Source: a virus
Direction: 5' to 3' (one strand)
IMG/VR virus record: IMGVR_UViG_3300045988_130225
Span: 32,001-96,000 of that record
Length of the DNA: 64,000 nt
Below, in pieces: positions 54,862 to 63,710 of this stretch. Below the pieces are notes generated by a model. The model saw only the letters and a list, made by a program, of their open reading frames with translations, searched no databases and was not told the origin of the DNA. The translations under genes and the position numbers were made by a program. Positions within the stretch are counted from its first letter, which is position 1. Every line of letters starts with the position of its first letter.

Positions 54862-55342
54862 ATCTTCCTTTATGTTTCTTCTTTCCCCTCTTCTCTTCAT
54901 ACGCTCTCAATAGTCCGCATGAAACATTGTATATACTTATTATATCTATATTATTCCATCATCCTCTTTCTCCATCTTCCCATATCCTACTATACCATCT
55001 TCCATTCTTTCACCTATCAACCCACTTTCCATCCGTTCATATATCCCACTTATACCAGATCCATTTCAATTCCATTTCCATTTCCACCTGTCATCATTCC
55101 CCACACTTCCACATCTTACAATTAATCCCATGTCTTATCATATCTCATATCACATCTTCTGTTATCTCATACCACCGCACAACATACCCATACCATCTTA
55201 CATAGTAACAATAACCACATACATAGTATTCAATACTACTTGTAATCTTACTCATATCCCATATCATGTTTTACAATACTATCTCATATCCCTATTAATC
55301 CACTATGTTAATATGTTACCCATAAACCCATTATCCATATAG
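54862..55342. other. G-depleted (C/A/T) arm
   Basis: By hand count there are about 18 G in about 480 nt on the plus strand, while C is abundant. ATATCCC/CCATCTTCC motifs recur. Confidence 0.85.
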
Positions 55343-55423
55343 GTTAATATATAAATCATAAACCCTATAACATACTATGTTATTGAATTATAACATAATT
55401 ATATGAGTTGTTGTTATTGATAT

Positions 55424-55509
55424 CATTTTAGGCAATACTTTTATCGCAACGGCTCAATTTTAGTCAATACTTAAAATTTGTACGAAAACTATTGGCATTT
55501 TAGCAATAA
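55424..55509 (+). repeat. three iteron-like direct repeats ATTTTAG(N)CAATA(C/A)T
   Basis: Copies at 55424-55438, 55456-55470 and 55496-55509. Confidence 0.7.
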
Positions 55510-56196
55510 TGATACATACTAAAACGTTTAATATATATATTATATATGGCACGAAAATGTATGTGTTATTGTTTGAAAAATTGCTACAATTTTCATTATG
55601 TTAGCACAACTCCAATTTTTTGGTTTACATAAGGTGTGAATATTCAGACGCAATTTGAATTTTAGAATAATTTAGCTGTACTTATTAATAAGTGGCGTTT
55701 TTAATAAGTGTATCTAATAATAAATGGCAAGCGATCCAATGCCGGATTTATGTAAATGCCGTTTAAAGCCCTTAGAAGCCGTTTTAAAGCGTTTTAGGGC
55801 TTTCAAAGCATATTTTATCATTAAATGTTTTTCCAATCGAAACTATGTTATGTGGTATTGAAAACTACGTTATTATCTGACAATTTGGCACTCATTAGTG
55901 GTAAGTGCTAATAAGTAAACATATGTGAATTATTGCCATATATGAATAGTAAATAAATGTTTATTAATGGGCTTCTAACATAAAAGCAAAAACACCTATA
56001 TAAGCAATGGGGCTTGTATGTATGCTTACTTATATATATGTATATATGCATGGTGTTTTATATGGGACTTGCATATGCTTTTATATAGTAGTCTGCTTTT
56101 TTTGTAAATCCCTTATATATAGGAAGTAATACAATCGAATAGATGTTTTTATGAAAAATGTATAAAAAAATATATGTTTTTTGGTAGTTTTTACCA

Positions 56197-56225
56197 TTGA
56201 GTATATATATACTTTTTGCTATACT
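56197..56225 (+). promoter_or_regulatory. sigma-A-type promoter
   Basis: TTGAGT, 17 nt, then TATACT. Confidence 0.5.
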
Positions 56226-56345
56226 TGCATTATCAAATGAATCAAATCATTTCCATATCGGAAATATTAAGAATATACGTTCTGTATATTCCAAAAAAAA
56301 TAAAATTAAACATTAAATCATACATATAAAAGGAGAAGAAAAACA

Positions 56346-56639
56346 ATGAAAAAAATATTAAAAGCAAGTACAAAGAGTGGCGCGCGTTGGATCGTATCCG
56401 CAAAAAAAGAAGAAGGCTATAGACTTTCCGATATTTATGAAAGCTATAGCATAGGCAAAGAAAACGCCTATAACGATTGCTTCAACAAATATGTTTCTGC
56501 TGAAACTTCAAAAAATTTCCGTATTTTTTCTCATAATACTTTTGGTTTTTCTGTAGCTTGGGAGGAAACCATAGAAAATGAAGAATATTTACATATTGAA
56601 ACACCACAAAACACATATATTGTGGCTTTAAATCAATAA
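56346..56639 (+). CDS. hypothetical early protein
   Basis: 97 aa with an AAGGAG RBS. Confidence 0.6.
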   Translation: MKKILKASTKSGARWIVSAKKEEGYRLSDIYESYSIGKENAYNDCFNKYVSAETSKNFRIFSHNTFGFSVAWEETIENEEYLHIETPQNTYIVALNQ

Positions 56640-56681
56640 ATAGTTTAATTGTCTGAAAAATAAAACAGGAGGATTTATATT

Positions 56682-56948
56682 ATGAGATTGTCAAAAGAAG
56701 AAAGATTAAATTATCAAGAGAAAGAACCAATTTCCGTTTATGGTATATCAAATTTTGGCGGTATAGCCATTATTGATATAATTCATGATGTGGACGAATA
56801 TATTGTGTGGTATGATTCCCAGATTGAATCTTCTGAAAAGCGTAAAATTCATGTTTCAAAGATTTATTATTCTGAAAATGACTGTTATTTTAAACCATAC
56901 GGAAGCATGTATATCAAGTTGTCGGAATGTTCACGCATTCTGGCATAA
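56682..56948 (+). CDS. hypothetical early protein
   Basis: 88 aa with an AGGAGG RBS. Confidence 0.6.
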   Translation: MRLSKEERLNYQEKEPISVYGISNFGGIAIIDIIHDVDEYIVWYDSQIESSEKRKIHVSKIYYSENDCYFKPYGSMYIKLSECSRILA

Positions 56949-56972
56949 AAATATAAAAAAGGAGAAAACAAA

Positions 56973-57125
56973 ATGAAAGAACTGAAAAATATCATAGAAG
57001 CAATTAATAATTCTGAAAATTGGGCTGATTGCCTAGAAGAATGTGAAAAATTGTGCGAACTTGCTGGACTGTCCGAAGAATGGAACAAGGCAAGCGGAGA
57101 AAGGGAAATTTGCCCCAAAGGGTAA
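56973..57125 (+). CDS. possible 50-aa protein
   Basis: Hand-found ORF MKELKNIIEAINNSENWADCLEECEKL... with an AAGGAG RBS. Confidence 0.4.
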   Translation: MKELKNIIEAINNSENWADCLEECEKLCELAGLSEEWNKASGEREICPKG

Positions 57126-57249
57126 TATCGTTTAATTTGAAAAGTCAATTTGAAAATGAAAAGTTTTTTCTTTTTTATTTTTTCTTTTCCTTTATAATAA
57201 GGAAGTCTTTCATTTCTTTTATTTTTTTAATCTTTTTATATTATATCTA

Positions 57250-57278
57250 TTGATTTTTCTTTTCTTTAATGGTATAGT
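57250..57278 (+). promoter_or_regulatory. early-family promoter
   Basis: TTGATT, 17 nt, then TGgTATAGT, followed by GCAACCATAG. Confidence 0.6.
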
Positions 57279-57336
57279 GCAACCATAGTAACAAAGTAAT
57301 AAACAGTATAAATAAGTAAATAGGAGGATTTTAAAA

Positions 57337-57813
57337 ATGAGATTAAGAGAAGGAAAGCTTATATCAGAATGGGAAGATGAATATGAAAACAAAGCGTTAA
57401 TTGAAGAAGTGGAAATCAAACCACATAAAGAAGCTAAACTGGAAAAGGTATATAGACTTTCTTGTTATGCGGAGTATGATGATAATTTTTGCTATCATAT
57501 TTCAATTTTTGATTCCGCAGAAAGTGCGGAAAATCAGCTTAAAGAGTTTAGTTGCGGTAGTTTTAGAAATATTTTGGAAATCATGGTAGAAAATATTCTT
57601 GCAGGTTTTGACGAAAAATTTAAGAACTCAATTTATGAAAGTCGAAAATCTATGAAAAATTTTTTAAAAAAATACAATCGCACTGATAAAGATGAATGTA
57701 TTGATAGAATTAAAAAAATTGTAAACGATTTAATTAATCGTTATGAAATAAGTTATGAAGAAGCAATGATATTATTTGATTATATTTGCGGAAAAGAAAA
57801 AACAAGATATTAA
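57337..57813 (+). CDS. hypothetical early protein
   Basis: 158 aa with an AGGAGG RBS. Confidence 0.6.
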   Translation: MRLREGKLISEWEDEYENKALIEEVEIKPHKEAKLEKVYRLSCYAEYDDNFCYHISIFDSAESAENQLKEFSCGSFRNILEIMVENILAGFDEKFKNSIYESRKSMKNFLKKYNRTDKDECIDRIKKIVNDLINRYEISYEEAMILFDYICGKEKTRY

Positions 57814-57980
57814 TGATATTAAAAAATTCAAATTGCTTTTTATTTTTTAGACTTTGAAAAAATTAAATGTTGTCCAAAATTCAGAAGTTGGATTATTTAC
57901 ATGGTTTGACTTCTGATTTTTTTGTATTTGATAGAGAAAAAATATAAATCAAAAAAATATAAAAAACATAATGAAAAGTA

Positions 57981-58009
57981 TTGACTTATTTATATATATG
58001 TGGTATATT
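57981..58009 (+). promoter_or_regulatory. early-family promoter
   Basis: TTGACT, 17 nt, then TGgTATATT, followed by ATAACCATG. Confidence 0.7.
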
Positions 58010-58077
58010 ATAACCATGTTAAACATAACATAGTTATATCAAAACCAAAGATAACAAAAAGAAAAGGAGAATGAATT

Positions 58078-58662
58078 ATGGCAAGTTGTTATAATCTGGA
58101 CGGAATCAAGACAAGTTTAAAAATTGAGATTGAGGAAAGAGAAGCAATACTCAAAGCATGGGAAAATGTAACATTCCCAACAAAGAAAAATGGTGAACCA
58201 TTTGCAGTAATGAGCAAAAATATCAATGGTGCGACTTATAAAAAAGCAGATTATGGTTTAAGTGCTAACAATGTTGAATTGAAAGTTGTTGCAAACAATA
58301 ATCATAAATGGACAACTGATAGTATTGATTGCTATACGTTAGTTAGATATTTAAAAGATAAAAGCAAAATTGCAAAAACTGAAAATTATATGCCTAAAGA
58401 ACTTTGTTTGGAACAAGTTTATAAGTTTGATTTAGAGGACATTAAAGAAGCTGTAAATAATAGAATTGAATACCTTAAAGGATATGTGGAATCTTTGAAA
58501 AAGCAATTAGAAATTGCAGATAAAGCATATGCAGGTTTCAGAAAAGTATATGAAGATGCAATGGCAGTTCTGGACAATGTGACGGAAACAAAGAAAGATG
58601 AATACAGCTTTTTAAAATCTAGTATTTTAGATACAATTAAAAATCGTTATCCATATTGCTAA
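58078..58662 (+). CDS. hypothetical early protein
   Basis: 194 aa with an AAGGAG RBS. Confidence 0.6.
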   Translation: MASCYNLDGIKTSLKIEIEEREAILKAWENVTFPTKKNGEPFAVMSKNINGATYKKADYGLSANNVELKVVANNNHKWTTDSIDCYTLVRYLKDKSKIAKTENYMPKELCLEQVYKFDLEDIKEAVNNRIEYLKGYVESLKKQLEIADKAYAGFRKVYEDAMAVLDNVTETKKDEYSFLKSSILDTIKNRYPYC

Positions 58663-58734
58663 AAATCACAGCGCAGAGGAAAAAGAAAAAATTCCTCTGC
58701 CATACATAAAAAAATCAGAAGGGAAAAACAGAAA

Positions 58735-59040
58735 ATGGATTTTAAAAACATAACAGTGAAAAGTTATAATCTTACTAACAATCAGATTGTAACAGAAATT
58801 AAAACGATAGGTGATAAAACATTAGCTTATTTTTTCAGTAGTTACGATTCTACTATTTGTAAGTTGGATATTGTAAATAATGTTATTTATGTCCATAAAA
58901 ACTGGAATTATTCAACAACCACAACAAAATGGTTCAATAAATTTCTTTCTATTGTTCTGGAAGAAGAAGTTAAATTTAAACAGCAAAAAGAAATTAAAGC
59001 AAAAAATAATATTTTTACTGTAATAATGCTTGACAAATAG
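58735..59040 (+). CDS. hypothetical early protein
   Basis: 101 aa. Confidence 0.55.
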   Translation: MDFKNITVKSYNLTNNQIVTEIKTIGDKTLAYFFSSYDSTICKLDIVNNVIYVHKNWNYSTTTTKWFNKFLSIVLEEEVKFKQQKEIKAKNNIFTVIMLDK

Positions 59041-59058
59041 TAGAAAATGTTATACAAT
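59030..59058 (+). promoter_or_regulatory. sigma-A-type promoter
   Basis: TTGACA, 17 nt, then TACAAT. Overlaps the end of the upstream ORF. Confidence 0.6.
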
Positions 59059-59105
59059 CTATTACAGAAACAAAGAAAAACGCATATAGAAAAGGAGAAA
59101 ATATT

Positions 59106-60329
59106 ATGTATACAATCGCAAATGCACAGTGGTCATTCAAAAAAATCGCACAGGAGATTAAAAAAGGAAACATTGACTTTAAATGCGGAGGCGTTCAAAG
59201 AGGGGACGTTTGGGATAATGCAAGACGTTCTTTACTTATCCAGTCTGGATTAAAAGGAGATATTATTCCTTGTCTTTATATCCGCAGAAATGGAGAAAAT
59301 AAAGATAAATACGAAATGCGTGACGGCAGACAGCGTTGCACAACTTTAGCAAAATTCATTAATGATGGTTTTGTAACTTCTGGTATTCCAGAATATGAAG
59401 ATGGGGATAAATTAGATTATCGTATTTGCAGGAATGGTGAAATGGTATCAGCAAACGGTATTAGTTTTGAAAGTCTTTCAGATGATGAAAAAATGGATTT
59501 TCTTACAAGAAATATTACAGTTTATTATATTGACGGTGCAACGGATGCAGAAGCCGATATGATTTTTTTGAAACTTAACAACGGAAAAGCATTGACTACA
59601 GCAGAAAGAAACAGAGCAGAAGCAAAATCAAGAAGTGAAATCATTGATATTGCTAACCATAATATTTTCAAGTTGATGTTTAGTGAAAAAACGTTAGATA
59701 ATAACGCTTTTGATACCGTTGTAAAATCTTATATCATGTTAAATAATGATAATCCGTCATTGCTTAACAAAGACGTTAAACCGTTGATGAAATCTATTGA
59801 TATTACAGAAGAAGACAAAAAACAGCTTACAGCAGTATTTGATTACATTCTGGAAGTTTATAATCTTTTGGAAACAAAGAAAGTTAAGAAAAGAATCATT
59901 GGAAAGACTAGCTTTTTATCTTTAATTCCAGTTGCAGAACAAGCATTAAATGATGGAAAGATAGCAGAAGAGTTTGCAAGCTTTCTGGATAAATTTTTCT
60001 CTGGAAAGACAACAAAGGAACCAACAATCAGTAAGACTTATAACGATAACTTCTTCGATTCTTCCGCAAGTCGTATGAAGATTAGATTACGCCACAATGC
60101 ATTAATGAATGAATATGAAAAAATGTTCAATGGTGAAACTGAAAATATATATAGCGAAAATGCAGAGGATTTACAGGAGGAGATTGACGAAGCGGAAACA
60201 GTAGAGGATTATATTAGTATTGACGAATTAAGCAAGCCAGATACAGATGAAGAAGTAACAGTAACAGAAGATTCTACACCAGAAGAACATATAGAGGAAC
60301 AGCAGACAGAAGATATAGAAGAATTTTAA
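59106..60329 (+). CDS. DUF262 (ParB/GmrSD N-terminal nuclease-like) protein with acidic C-terminal tail
   Basis: MRDGRQRCTTL matches the DGQQR(L/I)T(T/S)L signature of DUF262. The last ~70 aa are E/D-rich. Confidence 0.65.
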   Translation: MYTIANAQWSFKKIAQEIKKGNIDFKCGGVQRGDVWDNARRSLLIQSGLKGDIIPCLYIRRNGENKDKYEMRDGRQRCTTLAKFINDGFVTSGIPEYEDGDKLDYRICRNGEMVSANGISFESLSDDEKMDFLTRNITVYYIDGATDAEADMIFLKLNNGKALTTAERNRAEAKSRSEIIDIANHNIFKLMFSEKTLDNNAFDTVVKSYIMLNNDNPSLLNKDVKPLMKSIDITEEDKKQLTAVFDYILEVYNLLETKKVKKRIIGKTSFLSLIPVAEQALNDGKIAEEFASFLDKFFSGKTTKEPTISKTYNDNFFDSSASRMKIRLRHNALMNEYEKMFNGETENIYSENAEDLQEEIDEAETVEDYISIDELSKPDTDEEVTVTEDSTPEEHIEEQQTEDIEEF

Positions 60330-60422
60330 TAATTTATAATCTATCTGGAAAAGAAAAAGGATATGTATAAAAGCATATCCTTTTTTTTATTGTAAAAAAT
60401 ATAAAAAAGTATAAATAAACCA

Positions 60423-60451
60423 TTGACATTTTAATGTTTATATGGTATATT
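60423..60451 (+). promoter_or_regulatory. early-family promoter
   Basis: TTGACA, 17 nt, then TGgTATATT, followed by ATAACCATAG. Confidence 0.7.
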
Positions 60452-60488
60452 ATAACCATAGAAATTACAACAAAGGAGAATGAAAGAT

Positions 60489-60764
60489 ATGAAAAAGATT
60501 TTATTAACAGTTTTAGGAACAGCGGGATTTATTGGAATGTTTGCTTATTGCTGTACACTTGCAAACAGAACAGAAGTAATGACTTGTATTTCCTGTGAAG
60601 GTAATGATATTGTATCAACCTTTGAGGATGCAGACGGCAACTTGTGGGAATACGATCATTACTATGCTGTAGTTGGTGATGATTACAAGGTTACAATGCA
60701 CGATAATGATACAATCAATATTTATGACGATTTTATTGTTAAAGTTGTACCAGTAGAAGATTAA
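60489..60764 (+). CDS. small secreted/membrane-anchored protein
   Basis: ORF track 60480..60764. N-terminal hydrophobic signal-like segment MKKILLTVLGTAGFIGMFAYCC. Confidence 0.55.
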   Translation: MKKILLTVLGTAGFIGMFAYCCTLANRTEVMTCISCEGNDIVSTFEDADGNLWEYDHYYAVVGDDYKVTMHDNDTINIYDDFIVKVVPVED

Positions 60765-60791
60765 AAAATCAAAAAAAGTTATAATATACCA

Positions 60792-60820
60792 TTGACAAAA
60801 CTATAAATCAGTGGTATATT
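60792..60820 (+). promoter_or_regulatory. early-family promoter
   Basis: TTGACA, 17 nt, then TGgTATATT, followed by ATAACCATAAG. Confidence 0.7.
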
Positions 60821-60874
60821 ATAACCATAAGATTTAAGCCATTAAAGAAAACAATTAAAAAGGAGAAATCAAAA

Positions 60875-61540
60875 ATGAAAAACGAAAAGATTCTGGAAAT
60901 GTTAAATAACGGCGAAATTGAGGAATTGAAGAAAGTAATCTCAGAGGAAATCTATAATAGTTCTCTGGATAAAAACGGTAATGCAAAATCCAGATATAAA
61001 GCAATGAAAGATTTTTATAAATTTCCTAGTGACAAAACAGATACAAGATTTTTAAAACCATGTAAAAAGTCTATAAGAGGGCAACTTTATAATTGTTTTT
61101 TAAGTTCTGATGTTTTGGTATGTACCAAAGAAAGCACTGGAAATATTGAACTGTATAACGAGAAAGAAGAAGCTAGGGAATGGTTTAATGTAGAAAAATT
61201 AATTAATGCTAGTGACTTTGAAATTATTGAAGATATTGATTTTAATGATATTCTTTCAGAAGCTAAAAGCAAAGGATTTAAACCAGTAAAGCAAGAGATT
61301 CAATACGGTAACTGCGCTAAGTATTATTTGCGTTTCAGAGATGCTTATTATAAAATAGGGCATCTAAATAAAGGTTATAGCATTATAGATGGTGGAAAGC
61401 ATCAAGAAGTATTTTATAATGATAAAGTATCACCATTATACATTTATAATTCCTTGGGAATAGTAATGTTATTGCCTGTAAGAATTGATATAGCTTTAAG
61501 AGATAATAAAGATAAAGACTTTGTATACGTTGAAAGATAA
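60875..61540 (+). CDS. hypothetical early protein
   Basis: 221 aa with an AAGGAG RBS. Confidence 0.6.
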   Translation: MKNEKILEMLNNGEIEELKKVISEEIYNSSLDKNGNAKSRYKAMKDFYKFPSDKTDTRFLKPCKKSIRGQLYNCFLSSDVLVCTKESTGNIELYNEKEEAREWFNVEKLINASDFEIIEDIDFNDILSEAKSKGFKPVKQEIQYGNCAKYYLRFRDAYYKIGHLNKGYSIIDGGKHQEVFYNDKVSPLYIYNSLGIVMLLPVRIDIALRDNKDKDFVYVER

Positions 61541-61564
61541 AAAAAAGAAAAGAGGACAAAAACA

Positions 61565-61813
61565 ATGGCAGTATTAAAAAATGATGAACTGGAAGTAATG
61601 AACAGAATCAATAAATTACTTTCACCGAATACGCAAGGATTTTTTGAATTGTATTTTAATCTCACAGAAGAACAGAAAGCAGATATAGTGAAGTTTACCA
61701 GGCTTATAGGAAAGTTGGAAAATGATAGGGATATGCAAAGGATAAGAACAAAATTAGCAAATAGAGAAAAGCGAAAAATCAATAAAGATTATGGGAGAAG
61801 AAAGCAGGCGTAA
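61565..61813 (+). CDS. hypothetical basic protein
   Basis: 82 aa. Confidence 0.55.
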   Translation: MAVLKNDELEVMNRINKLLSPNTQGFFELYFNLTEEQKADIVKFTRLIGKLENDRDMQRIRTKLANREKRKINKDYGRRKQA

Positions 61814-61831
61814 CGCTTGCTTTTCTTTTTT
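61802..61831 (+). terminator. rho-independent terminator
   Basis: AAGCAGGCG-TAA-CGCTTGCTT followed by TTCTTTTTT. Confidence 0.7.
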
Positions 61832-62043
61832 GGTTTAATACCAGCTAAAATAACAGCGTTTAGATTTTAGATGATAAATGTATCATGTAACGTGCTAGAA
61901 CTGCTTGTAGTGGCTTGTAGCGCGTTGTAGCTGTATCCTGATAATTGATTTATGTATTTTATTCCGGATGTTTGTATGTTATCCAATTATTGATAATATT
62001 ATAAAAAGCATAATAAAAATCATTATATTTTTTAAAATAAATA

Positions 62044-62072
62044 TTGACAAAGCATATAAAAAGTATTATAAT
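62044..62072 (+). promoter_or_regulatory. consensus sigma-A-type promoter with no obvious ORF behind it
   Basis: TTGACA, 17 nt, then TATAAT. The next ~130 nt contain only the small hairpins TCCTA/TAGGA and ACAATT/AATTGT. Confidence 0.6.
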
Positions 62073-62211
62073 TAAGATAGTTAAAAAAGAATAGTTGTGG
62101 TGGAGAGTCCTAGCCCGGATATAGGAAAAACATTGAAGATACAATTTTTTAATTGTCTGATAATTTTAATGTTTCCTTATGCTATTCTAAACATTTATTT
62201 ATGATATTCCA

Positions 62212-62240
62212 TTGACTTTTATATATAAATTTGTTATACT
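62212..62240 (+). promoter_or_regulatory. sigma-A-type promoter
   Basis: TTGACT, 17 nt, then TATACT. Confidence 0.6.
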
Positions 62241-62273
62241 TTATATAATTATAAAAAAGAGGGAAGTGAAAAG

Positions 62274-62420
62274 ATGTATTTTACAAAGGACTACAGACAA
62301 CTTGATACTGTAGCATTGTATTTATTGTATAATAAGGATAGAAAACAGTATAAGACAGTATACAGCTTTAAACAGTGGTTAAACAAGTCTTTATTGACCG
62401 GAAGTATTAAAAGGCTGTAA
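62274..62420 (+). CDS. possible 48-aa protein
   Basis: Hand-found ORF MYFTKDYRQLDTVALYLLYNKDRKQYK... with a GAGGGAAG RBS, between a promoter and a terminator. Confidence 0.4.
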   Translation: MYFTKDYRQLDTVALYLLYNKDRKQYKTVYSFKQWLNKSLLTGSIKRL

Positions 62421-62467
62421 CAAGGTTTACAATCGTATATAAAGCCGATATAAAGCGAATAAAGCAT

Positions 62468-62514
62468 AGGCATAAACATAGGAATAAAATTTCTTGTGTT
62501 TATGCCTGTTTTTT
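62468..62514 (+). terminator. rho-independent terminator
   Basis: 11-bp stem AGGCATAAACA/TGTTTATGCCT followed by GTTTTTT. Confidence 0.75.
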
Positions 62515-62884
62515 ATTTCAGAAAAATCAAATACAGAAAAGATCGTAGTTGTCCAGAATAAACCTATTAGAATAGTATGAATTATTACAAGCTAAAACTA
62601 GACGTTTTAACACGTCAATAGTAATTTATTCAAATAAGTATGTAAAACGGCTAGAAACGGCTTGTAGCATGTTATAACATGGTTTAAATAGTTTTTAATC
62701 GGTCTGGAAGGTTGAAAACGGGCAGATTATCCGGTTATAGGTTATCTGGTTTACTGTATGGGAGTTTTTTAGTAAATGAAAAATACTGTTCAATTTTAAA
62801 TGACTTAAGGGAAATTTGAACTGAATTGTCAAATTGTTTGAAACAATTCACAATCGAACAAGTGTTCGGTGATTATCTTTCAGA

Positions 62885-63000
62885 ATTTTCTGAAATTTCC
62901 CAGAGGTAAGAAATTCCCCCAGAATATGCGAGAATAATTTTTCCCCACGAAGTTAGTGGGGATTTTCGTTTTGGTAATAGCGAGATTTAAAAATTCCCCA
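62885..63000 (+). repeat. cluster of AAATTCCCC-type motifs
   Basis: GAAATTTCCCA (62892), GAAATTCCCCCA (62910), AATTTTTCCCCA (62936) and AAAAATTCCCCA (62989), plus the hairpin CCCCAC/GTGGGG at 62942-62960. Confidence 0.7.
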
Positions 63001-63083
63001 CGGAGTTTTTTAATTTATTTTTTTATTTTCTTTTATTTTCTTTATTGTTTAAACATTTTCTTTTATAATTTTTATCTTATCTA

Positions 63084-63112
63084 TTGACAAAATCTAATGT
63101 TTATGTTATTCT
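63084..63112 (+). promoter_or_regulatory. sigma-A-type promoter
   Basis: TTGACA, 17 nt, then TGtTATTCT. Confidence 0.5.
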
Positions 63113-63158
63113 TTTGTATAGAAGTTATTAGTGTATAACGAAAGGAGAAAAATTTTTT

Positions 63159-63644
63159 ATGAAAATGGAAATAGTTTTGACTGAGAAAGAGATTGAAAAT
63201 TTACCATATATAAGTAAGGGTGAGATTATTAATAATTGTGATTTTTGCATTGAAATCAATAAATTTTTAAGACATATAATACCTATTGAAATTAATAAAG
63301 AAAAATATTGTAGGTGTAATGGTTGTAATGAAAATATTAATGTTGCTTTTTATGTAGAAAAAGAACTTAGCAAGAAAGAATATTTCCGTAGATTTATTGA
63401 AGAACCTTTTTATAAAAATATTTGCGATTCTTATGTAAAGATTTTAAACTGTGGTGTTATATTTATTGATGAAACAAGTTCAGACAAAGAAATAAAGTAT
63501 TTTATTAAACAAGCTATCAATCCAGAAGTAATGTTTGAAGGAAATTTCAAAGATTTTAAATTTAACGAGCAACTTGATAAAACTTTAGACCTTACTGAAA
63601 CTGTTGAAAAAAGATGGTTCGTATGTGTTGAAAGCATATTATAG
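63159..63644 (+). CDS. hypothetical Cys-containing protein
   Basis: 161 aa with an AAGGAG RBS. Confidence 0.6.
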   Translation: MKMEIVLTEKEIENLPYISKGEIINNCDFCIEINKFLRHIIPIEINKEKYCRCNGCNENINVAFYVEKELSKKEYFRRFIEEPFYKNICDSYVKILNCGVIFIDETSSDKEIKYFIKQAINPEVMFEGNFKDFKFNEQLDKTLDLTETVEKRWFVCVESIL

Positions 63645-63710
63645 AGTATATAAGACATTAAGAAATCCAAAACGGTTTTTAATATAAAAAGTATGAAAGG
63701 AATATAAAAA

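Noticed and set aside
54235-55342. ORFs 54235..54450(-), 54919..55125(+), 54927..55205(+) and 55130..55342(+) in the gene desert.
   Set aside because: G-free sequence cannot contain TGA or TAG, so long open frames arise trivially. Three mutually overlapping frames are open at once, the products are low-complexity H/P/S/I/L/Y strings, and none has an RBS.
53100-56340. A CRISPR array or tandem-repeat locus in the 3.2-kb non-coding region.
   Set aside because: There is no regularly spaced repeat of 20 nt or more. The recurring motifs are 8-15 nt, degenerate and irregularly spaced.
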